The notes under the pieces were generated by a model. That model saw only the letters and a list, made by a program, of their open reading frames with translations. It was not told where the DNA came from and made no database searches. This document shows, piece by piece, positions 25,964 through 38,819 of a DNA stretch of 64,000 nt (position 1 is the stretch's first letter; the number at the start of each line of letters is the position of its first letter). The stretch is from Torpedo marmorata. Its lineage: Eukaryota. The stretch is taken from assembly GCA_977017645.1 (NCBI GenBank), contig OZ360223.1, forward strand, positions 68,386,001 to 68,450,000. Reading direction: 5' to 3'. Position numbers and translations under genes: made by a program.

Positions 25964-26650
25964 CTGTGGAATGATACTTTGTTGCACTTTTGCAAAAGCA
26001 GGTGCAAAATTCTGCAAAAAGCTTTTCAGTCTGGAGTTGCAAGAGGCTGGAACAACACAGCCAAATCCAGGCTTGTGCATCCCAGGGGAAAAGTCTGGGA
26101 GAATAGTACATGGCCTCCTGTATCAGCAAAATCCTGAGTAAAAACAACTTTCGTGGAGAACAGGCATGAGATCAGCGAGACAGACTGTGAGATCCAAGTA
26201 TACGCCTCGATCAGAACTGATTTGGAATTGCAATCCTCGTGTACCTACCAAAAGGGAAAGTCATCAGAGAAGAAAAGCAGGCCAAGCATTCGTAAGCTTA
26301 AACAGTCATTGTCTCTCTCTCCAACGTTCATTAAGAAGTCTTTCGTGCCAGCACACAGAGCTGAATTTGGACCCTGAACATAGAGAGTGATTTTTGTGGA
26401 CTGTATTTTTGGGACTGACTTATTTTTATGACTGACGTGGGGGTTTTGGGGAAGGTTTTCCATTTTTACATGAGGGTTGGGCACAAACTGTAATGGTCTG
26501 GGCTTTACACACACACTCTCTTTAGATAAGAATAGTGTTTATATATGTTTATAGTGGGGTTAATTGTTAAGAAATTATATATTTAATAGTCTTTAATAAA
26601 TATACATTTCAATTTTACCCCTTTTGCATTTTGTCTTCTGTCGTTGCTGG
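25814..26650 (+). mobile_element. Solo LTR copy B (last ~15 nt missing)
   Basis: Starts TGTTATGGACCATG like the copy at 60354. Body matches 546-2390. Confidence 0.8.
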
Positions 26651-29403
26651 TACAACGGAATGACAGATAAACTTGATCTTGAACTTGAGATCACGCATGG
26701 TCCATAGGAAGCAAAGGTAATATAACCACTGTTTTGGACCTGAGCCCTCCAAAAAGCAGGCAGGCACCTGAATAAATAGGTGGGGGAAGAGTGGAAAGGA
26801 GAGAAGAAGCGGCAGGGGGAGGTGGTGGCTTTCCCAATCATAGGTAGAAGTTGAAATATTCAGGCACCCTTCCTGACAGCATCAGTGAACAAAGCTGAAT
26901 TGCCTCCTGATACAGTCTCCAAACACTGGTTGAGACCAAGGTGCTTGACTTCAGATGGATGAATAACCATATTTCAGTTACAGTATTCCAGTCTCTATCT
27001 CAGAATGTTTGGATTCAAGTCTCTTTCCAGACAGCTTTGGCGAGTAAACAGAACAGCTACATGTCTAAATATACGACTATCTCCTCCAGATGTATTAACA
27101 TTTGAGCTGTTAGCATGTAGCCCTCTTCCCTGTGCTCAGTACATTCTAAAGTGTTCATGGGACTCCTCAGATTTGGTTCTTAAAGAGATGGTTGGAAACT
27201 GTCACTGAAAATCTGAGTTCTAAAATTACTTAGCCAATTACTGTACTGCACCCAAAACAAAACGATGTCTCAAATGACCCTCCCTGCTTGCTGATTTGTT
27301 GTGTTACCCTCACTAGCAAAAAAAAACAAGTATTGAGGCCAACTCTGGAGATTAATGCAAGCATTCTAGTGAACCACACAACCCTTTATTTGCCATTTTG
27401 CTGCCACCCTCACCAAGTATGTGTGACATAAGCAGGAACTGGATTGTGCTCTCACACAGCTACTGTCTACTTTCCAGGCACTCATGTGTAAGACCTTAGC
27501 TGGGTGCTACCTGGGCAGAATGCAATGGATGGTTGGTCAATTATGTCTGCCTGCAGGGAGATAAGGAGACAATAGCATAACCCTTTACCTAATCTGCATC
27601 TAGAATATTACATTCTATCAATTCAATAATAAACCCCACTCTCCCCGCACTCACCAATAAACCCACCCATCTCCACAACCAAATTGTTGATAGTAAGAAA
27701 ATGAGGGAAAGGGAAGAAGGGGCAGAAGAACAAATGCCCAGGGATAATGTCACAATGTTGGCTACTATGCAGACAAAGCTTTTGTACAGATTTCCTGCAA
27801 TAATTATCTGATTGATGCAAAGATAATACTGTGCCATAACTACAATAAATGGAAGGAAATTATCCAACATTCAGATATTTACCATAATTCATAACAAACC
27901 ATGACAATGTTATACAGACCATGTCTAATAATTCTGGAATGTAAATTAAAGTATTAGCCACACTAGTTAAGCATCTTTCTGTCCATGTAAGGTATTTTAG
28001 ATTATGTGCCATCACCCAAACCATTCACTTCAATATGGTCTTCATCTGGATTCTCTGTTCATGTTTGCTCCCATTTTACACACTTAGGTATAGGAAAACT
28101 CATGATAGTATTTATAAATGAAAAGTCAGGATGTAAAATGTACGAGACCCATTGTCAGAGAAAGAATTTAAAAGCACCACACATGCTGCCAAACTGTACT
28201 CTCCACCCAGTTATCAAACACAGGATACAACTGAGTTTGTTTACTTCTTATTCAATGCATACACAAAAGGTCCTTGTACAGCTCTGTTGTCAGATCAATA
28301 ATTAGTGTTGAAATACTGAAATATCCAGATAAACATGTATCTTATTTCCCTCCCTCACATACTTGTCAAAGGTCAACTCTCCTTCCCCAATTTACTCCCC
28401 ATTAGCTTTATTGTAAATTGTCAGTTGTGTATTTGTTTGATTATGGTTGCAAGAGTAACCCTTTACACCTACAATTTCAATACGTAGACAACTTTGATGA
28501 GCGGAGAGTGCAGCCCATGTGAATATTGTGCGATAGTGTGTTCCAACAAAACAGAAGTACACCTTCATGATACTAACTTAGCAGATCAAATTATAGGTTA
28601 ACATAATGTGACATAATGAAGAAAACACAATGCCTACCTTTTGATAATGACAGAGTCTTTTATTGTTGGGCTTTAAATAGAGTGATAAAGATTTAAAGAA
28701 AAATCTTTGATGCCTTTAAAAGAAAGCTATATAAAGTAACAACAGGGGATTATGGCTTGTAAACCACAGGAAAAAAGCAAAGTAATTCCTATTCCACTTT
28801 TGATGGCTGTTAGAAATTCTATTTAAAAAAAAAACATTACCAGAAGGAGAAAATCTCATGAGGATAGTTATATCCTGTGATCATGCATAATGTACTTCAA
28901 CAGTTGGTTTTCTCCCAATTCTGTTGATCAATTTCACCTCCTTCAGACTCTTTTTTTTCTATCATGTTTACATCTGCTGTGATTCAGTGACAAGTGCTGC
29001 CTAGGCTGGAAAAGTAGACCTGTCACGTTGATTTATGAGTGCATCAAACTAAGACTTGTCCAAACTGAAACCCACAGTTCATTAGAGTATTGTGACTTTG
29101 AAGACTACGTTCATACTGTCGGGTTTTAGTCTTTGCTTTCATTTATATGCTCTCAAATGTGCATCTCCAAGGAAAAACTAAAATTCACTGTGTCTTTGAA
29201 CTTCTTTTGACAATGCAATAATCATTGCTTTGTCCACCATGAAGACAAGTCATTGATGCACACTGAATTGCAGCTGATGAGTAAGCCTCTCTGAATTAAA
29301 ATACAGAAAGCAAACAAAGCTGAGAGACCACTGGAAAGCTTTCACTGCAGGCATATCTCACAATCACAAGTCTCTTGTCTCTCTGCCATTTCCATTTTAA
29401 TTA

Positions 29404-29574
<171 letters not shown>

Positions 29575-31181
29575 TTAGAAAAAATAAACATTTAAAGAGC
29601 ATTTCCTGTCATGATATCGGCTCACAGTTTGAAAAAAGGTACAAACACATCCTCTTATCAACACTGTTCTGGCCTTTTGGATTGAAACTTGCCAATAAAT
29701 CCTTCATTGTATGAACTATTCTTAGCATTATCATTTCAAACACGAATCTTTAAAATGAACTGTTGAAAACATGCCATTTTCCACACTGTAATTAAAATAT
29801 GGCAAGAAGTGACCTTTGTCTGTATGAAGAAAGCCAAAAAATGTCCTTGCTGAGAATACATGGTTATTCACAGACAAGTCAATGTAATAATTCAACAGAG
29901 TAATTATTAGCAATTTTCTAAACAGGTCACTCAAAAGTGATCCGTAAGCAAGAGCAGTCAACCTCCTCTAATATATCTGGCACAAGGGCATAGCACCAGA
30001 ATTAGAAGCATTATTTCAGGAGCCATCTCAATAAAAAAAATGCAAGTTCAATTAAAATCTGCATTGACAAAAGCTTCATTTTCACAAGGAAATGAAGTCA
30101 CTTTCGATCAGTACAGCCCAAATTCACTCTCTCGAGCTCGCTTCCTAGTTGTGCTGTAGCAAGGAAAATGTTTTCCACAGGGACTATTAATCTGGGCTGG
30201 GGACTAAAGCTGTCCTGAAAGTGCACAAGACTTTGGGAAGTTATATCTTCCATATGTATTGATCACTGCAGAATTCAACCTCGTGAGAGAAAACATTGTG
30301 CACTCTATGTCAAAATCAATTTTAATGCCAGTTGTCTTCATAGATAGAATGTAAAATCTTAATCTGTTGGTGCCAAATCTCTTTCTACAAAAACATAATT
30401 TTTACTATTTAGTACAACTTCATGCAATTGCTAATTTAAAGTACAACTTGCTACTAATTGGGCCTAACATGGATCTCCAGAGAAATTATCAAATTAGTGA
30501 CTAATTGAGAATGTTTGTCTAATTATCAGAATAAGTGATGAATAGCTTTCCTGTGGAGTGAAACAATAATGTATTATGTAAGTCGCTTTATGTCATGGCA
30601 TTGATAAACCTTTGCCTTCACCATGAAAGGAGGAGGATTATATAAAGACCAACTCTTCTACTAACAGTGGATTCACTCAGATATTTACGTTGAACAGAGC
30701 ATATGACGTAGTGCCACAATGAAACATTGCTAATAAACAAGCCAGACAGCACTTTACTAACTGTAGTATAAACCTCTGGTGCAGCGTTGGCACAGCCTAA
30801 TCTTCACCTTGGCTGGAAATGCCAAAAGGGAAAATACTGCCAAAAATGCACAAGGACAGTTTAGCAAACAACTTTCACAATAACTGTGTGAAGAGATATT
30901 TAGCTGTATTTATGTTAGTTAGTTATTAGTGGTTGGAGATGAGGGGATGATGTCCAGAAAGATACCGGTAAATGCTATCTTATCCAAAGGTAATCAAACT
31001 TTTTAAAAAACTGGGTTTGGTTCAAAGATTAATTGCTGGAGATATCCAAGATATTAAATGTTCTCAGCAGGGCAGTCAGGTTGATATTCTACATGATATA
31101 TTGAGGGGATCTAGCGAGTACAATTGGAGAGATATCCCAAAGCCCATGACATCATTTGGCATTTTTAAACATGGTGGAATG

Positions 31182-31390
31182 CAGGGTCGGCGTCAGAACA
31201 AGTCTAATCGGGGGGCAATAGGGTAACCGCGGGGGGGGGGAGAGGGTGGTAACAATCTGATGTTTGAAAACTCACTCGGGGGGGGGTGACGCGAGCGACA
31301 CTAGTGCTGCAGGTGGGGGGGCACAATAACTCATTTGGGGGGGGCAATGCCCGCGGATGCCCCCCCCCCTCCGCACCGGTGCCGGCCGTG
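31182..31390. mobile_element. hAT (Tip100-like) MITE, G-run rich
   Basis: Termini CAGGGTCGGC / GCCGGCCGTG form imperfect TIRs. 8-bp TSD GTGGAATG / GTGGAAGG. GC-rich island in AT-rich DNA. Confidence 0.78.
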
Positions 31391-33294
31391 GTGGAAGGAA
31401 CTAATTCATGAGAAGACCTGATTCATAACGTCACCAATGTGAAGCACAGATCAATCCAAGTAGGCCTCTAATTCAACTTCAGGTCTGATATAACTTCCAC
31501 TAAACAAGAAAAAAAATCAGATAAGCAAGTAATGTTTGGACACAGATATACTCTGTCTCATATGATGAGCTTAATTAAGGTGAAAATTTTCCTCTTCGAT
31601 TGTTTTGAGCTTTGTGACAGCCACCATTTTGTTCAACAACATGTTGCAATTTCAGCTTTGTCCCAAATGCCAACAAAATGTGTATCCTAGAGAGAATAAC
31701 AATTTATGTTTACCTGACTTTTATTAGAGAATTTATAAAACTGATCTATTATAAATATATGGTTCTCATGCATGTACATTCTGAAAATATGCCATTGTGA
31801 TTATTTTTTGAAATAATAGTGTAACTGCAGGAAAAAGTAACAGAACAATATCTACCATACAGGAAGCTACCAAATGCAAATCTCTCTTCCAAAGAATGGT
31901 ACACGATTTAACTATAAAACTTGGTAAGGTGTAGATAATCGCAGCTATTTACCAGTTCAGCTAAATATCTGAATCAGTACAAAACTTAGGTTTATTAATG
32001 GCTGATGAATTGGGTAACGGTATCCACGATTGTATTTTGGGTAACACACTGATTTCAGTGTGTGTATGACCCAATTTATATTCAACTGAAGATTGCATTA
32101 CATTGTGGAAATTGAACCCTTTTGCTCAAATTATCCCCAGGTTAGATTAGGCTAGTGAGTAAATTGGCTGGGGCTTTTTTGTGTTTGCTTCACCAGAGAA
32201 CAAGTGTCATTTCCCCAGCTTCAGTTGCACAGCTATGACGTGCAGCGTTGGTGCAGCAGCCATTTCTACAACTTCCAAGTAAACTTGTACATTCAGGTGC
32301 AATCTATGATCTTCATTATTAGTCAACCCTGCTGTGGATGGGCAAACAGCTGTGAATTAAAGCATCTCCAGCATGATATTATGTTCAACGCAATGACTCT
32401 GACAAACTAATTTTCCATTGTTCAGTCTACGAGCGGAAGCATCAATATATGTGTTCCCTCACTGACTGCAGAATTTCTGTTGTGCACGTCTGAAATCTGC
32501 CAAATAATTGTAGGATCACCAATAAAATAGGATTCAAGCAAGGTATTGGATTTCATTGGGATTTGCCATATTGGAGATTACAGCCTCCACCCCCCCCCCC
32601 TCCCCACATATACTTTTGGGTTTTCCCTCATTTTCATAACAGTCTTTTCTGTTCCTGATCTGTGGTAGCCATGGAGAATTTTTTATGGCCTGCCCACATT
32701 CCCAATGAGCTCTGCAGCAATTGACAGGAACCACACAGATTCATGCCCAAAAATGGGGTCTGCAGTAAAATGATGTCGAACTACTTTTAATGGATTTTTG
32801 CCCAATTCTTCTGTGCACTTTAGATGATTTGCCTGGGAGTTCACACCATATCCAGTATTTTTTAAAACAGTTCTAAAGTGAGCAAGAATGTCGAAAATAC
32901 AATTTAACAATGTTCTACATCCTGAGGTTCAAAACAAGACAGTGAAAACATTTGTTAGACATTGATGCCTGACATTTAAAATTCAAATCATGGGGCTTTG
33001 AGGTGTCTTCGATAGTGACGCTAGTGAATTTCGCCCAGATTTATGCTGCGTACAGCTTCCAAGAACAGGTTCCAAAATATATTTTAAAATTATTGCGATG
33101 TTCTCTGCCTCATGCCCCTGTTATGCCTCATGGATGTGCACCCAGTCTGCCGTGAATTCTCGTCACAGTCAAGGGAAAATGCCTCCCATATATCAAGGGT
33201 CCAGTGGTTAGGGTAAAAGTAGAGGAGCAGTTCTGTGCTCAGTGGCAGTTCCACCTTTCTGGGCAAGTACCTTGCAATTAATAGCATATAGACA

Positions 33295-33565
33295 TAGTTA
33301 GTAGAGTTGCTGCCGCAGCTCCAATAAACACAAACCAATACTGTGTTCATTTTGCACATTCTCCCTGGGGCTATGTGGATTTCTCCCAGGTGCTCCAGTT
33401 TCCCCCCACATCCCAAGAGTTGGTAGGTTAATTGGCCACTGAAAAATGCCTCCAGCTGCAGATTTTGGGAGGAGTTGATTGGAATGTGGATTAGTGTTGG
33501 ATAAAATAAAATGGGTGCCTGACAGTGAGCATGGGATCCTTGCTGTCTGACTCCGTGACAAAAAG
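33295..33565 (+). mobile_element. Degraded V-SINE
   Basis: V-domain TTGCACATTCTCCC...GGTGCTCCAGTTTCCCCCCACATCCCAA and GGTTAATTGGCCACTG. Confidence 0.7.
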
Positions 33566-34167
33566 ATGAAAATGTAAAATTGGAGGTGTTGGTGGCGAGC
33601 TGTTGTCCCTTATCAAGTGAACAGGTGGTGGGTGAGCAAACATATGTTCAGGACAGGAGATGATTAACTGAGATTGGTGAAAAACAAAAAATAACGAAGT
33701 CTGGATTTGACGTTGGCATACGTGGGCAATAAGGATGGAGACAAGCAACATTACAAGGGGAAACAATGGCACAAATGGATGTTGAAATAGGAAGAAAGTT
33801 GAAATGATGAGAACCCCCCCCCCACGCATCTCCAAGCCCCTCGCTGCAGAATGCAAGTTTCTCCTCCACCAAGATCCATGTAATCACTGATGCATTGATG
33901 TTTCCACGCATAAAGAAATCACAGGCAGTCTAAATCCAACAATAATCCATGAAGGAGAACATTTTCAACTCTGAGCGATTGTTGCCACCAATAACTTCAG
34001 AGGTGGAAATGGAATGCATGTGTAACGTTACCCATAATTTAAAGAGGCAAATTTGAGTCGTATATCCCTGGTTTTGTCTAATTTTAAATCCAGTTTAACA
34101 TAATTATTGTTTTCTAGATTTGACTGTCTCTGAGAGTATTTTGGATACTTGATTTAATAGTCAACTA

Positions 34168-34314
<147 letters not shown>

Positions 34315-37300
34315 CTAAAGACATGACAAAATGAAAATCAGGAACAGAACATTCCCAAAGTTCTACAATTACTTGCGATGATTATCACACAATAAAAGAT
34401 CAAGTAAAATGTGATATTGCCGAATCAGTTTAACGTGATTCAATCAAACTTACTTTGAAATTCAAATGCAGCAATTATTTTTAACCTTTTTTTGGAGATG
34501 TGATTCCAAACCTTAAATTATAATACATTTTGTGTATTACAATTACAAATTAAAACAATTCTTTATTGTTAGTTCCTGCCTTGTTAATTGGTTGAGAATT
34601 GTAACAACAAACATTATTACCCACTATTACCATTTAAAAAATTAGCTTCCTTCAATCGTTGTCGTGTTTAAAATTTGAAATCAACTTAAAAAAAATTATC
34701 CTATGTGCATATATGCTACTATAAATGCAAATGAATTGGACAAACACTGCTACATTAATACAAATCTGAATTGCTTTAGCTTGTTCCTGCAGGAGTACTG
34801 CTGTCGCCTTAAAGCAGCATGAACTGTGATCTCAATTGTGAGTACGCTGATCTAAACTAAGAACGTTATAGTGCAGATATTGCTGACATAGTTATAGCAG
34901 ATTTTTTTTCACTGACATTTCAGTGACAAATAGTTACAGTGATGAACCTGATAGCATTTCACATTTGCAACTGTTAACATGGACATCCTTCTAAACTGAA
35001 ACCGAGAACTTGTTCATTGTGTCTGAAGGATGATGTCTTGTTCTGATAATGAAGTCGACATTAAATGACAGTCTGACTTGAACAGGGTTGCATAGTTATT
35101 TTCAAGCTTACACTTAATGACAATCCTATAAATTTTGCATGCTTGTAGAATGAAATTCAGCTATTGAAATCAATCATTATATTCTGTTGAAATGCTGGGA
35201 TATTGGATACAAATTTCAGGGTATGTAAAGGCAATACTTTTTTTAAAGCCATTTAAAAAATGAATAAACAGAAGGAACACAATCAATGTTTCATCAGCTG
35301 AAAAGTATTATTGTAAAACTTCAATTAAAATACATGTGCGTCCTGGTGTACTTATTTTTAAATGCCATTTTGTTATTTAACAGATGTATGGCTTAATTTT
35401 TGTTTAAGATTTCTCAATTCCTTCTGGTTTACATTTATTTCACCCATGGATGCAAACTTTCATTGATAACACAAAGGTAGAAACATGCATCTGTAAACTG
35501 ATCTATAGCTTTATATCATCCTTGGGGATTTTTTCCTACCTAAAAATAGGCCAATGCCAGTGAAAGGATTTAGAAAGGTATTGAATCACAATCCCATATA
35601 TATCCCATATATAGAGAATCCAACAAACAAACGTATTCAGCTTTATATTGTAGAAACACACTTCAGTATTTTTACAGTTAAGACGTATTATATTTATCAC
35701 GTCTATCCCACCACCCTCACTGATTCTTCCTGCCATCTGCATAGCGCATTCACTTTCCTAATTTCACAGTCATTATGCACTGATGTCCTGATTTCTCAGC
35801 ATCACTAATCTTGACAAACTTAAATCACCGATAAAGGTCAGACAGATGAAGAAACATTGCAAACTCTTACACAGAGCTTTTTATCTGCATGACAGCAACA
35901 AATTTGCATTACACAACTCAAACTCACCAAGTTTGCTGGTTATTTTGGGATAAGTGATGGAAGTTCACACAGTAAATGCACATGCACTGTCCTATTGTCT
36001 TTTGTGCAGTAACTAATGTCAGAAATCAAAGAGCATGCAGCATTGACAGTAGGCTATTATAGCACACCCTTTATTACACATTACTACAGAGGTCATTAGC
36101 AACAAGAGTGATTTTACAGTTCTTAACCTATTGATCACTCCAACTACTGCCATTTAATTCCTTGTTGAATGACTCAAAACTGCTATAAGGCACACAGTAA
36201 AGAATACTTTAACACAAATAAATAACTATGCACTGGATGCTGTAAGTGAGTGCACAGAACTTAGAACAGAAAAGTCACTTATGCAAAAAAAAGTGAAATG
36301 TTTGAATCTGTTATCAAACATTTTACTAAACCTACCACGGTGATTTGAAAAGTATTCCACTTTGTATAGTGAAATGAAATAATGTGAGTAAATAAATTTA
36401 ATGCACCAACGGAATTATTTTCTGCAAATTTCTAAATGGAACCTTACAACATGATGTGTTGTTTTTTTAGATAATGATATGTAATTAATGCAATAAATTA
36501 AGGGAATTTTCTTACATTGAAAAAACATACCTGAAGTACATGCTTGATGATAATTCTGATTACCAAGGTACAACAGCTTGAAAAGCAGAGCTGATCATTA
36601 ACTGTTACTTCAAGAGTTAAAATATGATTTGAAAGTTAAAAGGACAACCACAGCGTGACGTAATTTCCTGTATGAAATTTTATTTGTGACCTTATGGGTT
36701 TTTCAAGAGCAATTTAAATTACACAGAGAGAAATAAAATTGGTGTCATGCAGAGGAAATCAAAGGTATGCCTCCACTAAAGGCACGGGTCTTTAGTTTAC
36801 TTTCTTGCAAGCCTAAACTGTTGCTTCCAAAAGAAACATAAAAGTCTATAAAAATCACATTATTTTGATTCAACTAAACTATTCATTCCAGATAAAAGCT
36901 CACTCTTCTGTGAACCAGTTCAGATCCAGCTCCACTAACAAATGAATTGTTCATTCCATCTGGCAGTTATCATCTATCAATCATATATAATATGTCACAG
37001 CTTGATCAATAATATAGTGTTTATGAGGGAGAACAGCATATATTCATGTGTGACCAATACATGGATGGTGCATCAGAATTTAGAAGCATTTGCTCCTTAA
37101 TCAATTGTGTTGATTAACACAAACTTGTAACTACTCAAGCATCTTAAATAAACAGAACAAACTCTGTGATTTCACAAAGAACTCAATAAATATCAATGCA
37201 AACTTTGTGAAATGAACAAATATATATAGAAAATAACCAAGAACAATGGTATATGAACAACACATGAATATTGTTATGGGTTATAACTTTAGGATTATAG

Positions 37301-37409
37301 TTGCAAAGAAACATACAGAACTTTCTCAAAATATGCCTAAGTACCTCACAACCACTGAATTATTGTTAGAGAATAATTACTGCTATTTTATTGACTAAAT
37401 CAGTGTTAA

Positions 37410-37715
37410 ATATGTGCATTGCAGGATCCTACAAACAGCAAATGAAACAAATGATCAACTAACACTTTGAAGACAGCTTCAGGAGGAAAGTTGTTAAGGA
37501 CACCAAGACCGGTTCAACTTCAAATTATGGAATGAGAGTTTTTTTACTTTCACCTAACAGGCAGCTGCACCTCTCTTTAACTCCGTTTTTGAAATATGCC
37601 TGCACAATAAATTCCTCCACCAATATTCCAGGGAAGTGCTAGCCTTGATTACATGCTCGCCTAAAATGGGACTTCAACACAACTTCTTCAGAATCAGAAG
37701 AAAAGATTTTTCAAT
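37410..37715 (-). mobile_element. Ancient DeuSINE (SacSINE1/AmnSINE-like) remnant
   Basis: The order of blocks (AGGACACC...CACCTAACAGGCAG...TTTAAC...CTAGCCTTGATTACATGCTC...GGGACTTCAACAC) resembles the reverse complement of the Deu-domain SINE consensus as I recall it. Heavily diverged. Confidence 0.5.
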
Positions 37716-38819
37716 AGATGATACTGTTTAAAGATTAAAATATTTCACTTGACTTTTAAGTCACTCATTAAAGTATTAAATATGTCCTGCACATCTTTAA
37801 ACTTTAATAAACCAGAGTTTCCCATTCAGGTATTGCATCCTCTGAACCAACTACAAGATTAGGTCATGAAATGGAGTCCCATTTAGGTGTTTTTTAATGG
37901 TCATAAATTGGTTTTACCATATCCATAAACCCACTTTGGTTTCTATTTGCATTCCCCAGCAAGTTTTCTGGCCAAGAAATTGTTGGCACATACAGATGTG
38001 CATTAATTTGCCTTTATGTGATCTGCCAATAATTGTAATGGTTGTCATCAATTGATTAAAATTCATGGCTCCCAAGGGCCAAAGAGTTGGTTGTGAGGAA
38101 TGTCCCTCACAGATTTACATATTCCCAAGCATGAAAAGGAAAATAACTGGTAAATAGGACCAGGTCACCAATGGAGTGTAGAGAGATCCTGAAATTATGT
38201 GTTAGGTTTTCAGATCGGGATTAGGAAAGGGGAGGTAAGATGATTGCAATATTCAATGGAGGTCAGGGGTTGAATGAACATATAGACAGGATGGAAGAGA
38301 TTGTCAAATGATCCAAGCTTATTGGGGGAAGGATGCCTGGGTACGTTTCATCGGTTGAGGGAGGTAGGGGAGGAACAAAAAAGAGAGGGGAGAATGAGGA
38401 GGAGAAAATCTGATAATAAAATAAAGAGGACTACCAAGTCAGGCTACCATAACTCTGGGCTGGAAACTGGGAGAGAGCTCTGATAAGAGATATGCCTCAA
38501 AATCAGAAATACTCTAAAGGAGCATTAAGCATCAAAAAGACCAGGTCTAAAATGACAAACAAGTTATTGATGCAAAGGAAATTTTGTCTTTTCCCTGGAA
38601 CACCTCTTCAAATTTCTGAATGGTGCAATTTGACCCTGAAATAATCCTAATCACAATCCACTCCAGGTAAATACTGAATATCATAGGAATAAAGCTTTAA
38701 AAACTCTTTTTTATGTTCAACAAATCCTGACAAAGGACACAGTTTCATAATATAGACCCATCTACCAAAGACAACTTAAATGATGCTTGTGAGAACCTGA
38801 ACAGACAAATTAAAATCGA

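Larger units (their letters stand above)
24555..26690 (+). mobile_element. Degraded Rex1/Babar LINE 3' fragment whose tail is split by a Tc2 element and a solo LTR
   Basis: FCRSSIESVLACCITVCYG; CAGCTACTCCCGTCGGGAAAAAGATACAG. Tail pieces at 25720-25813 and 26651-26690 (GATAAACTTGATCTTGAACTTG). Confidence 0.75.
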
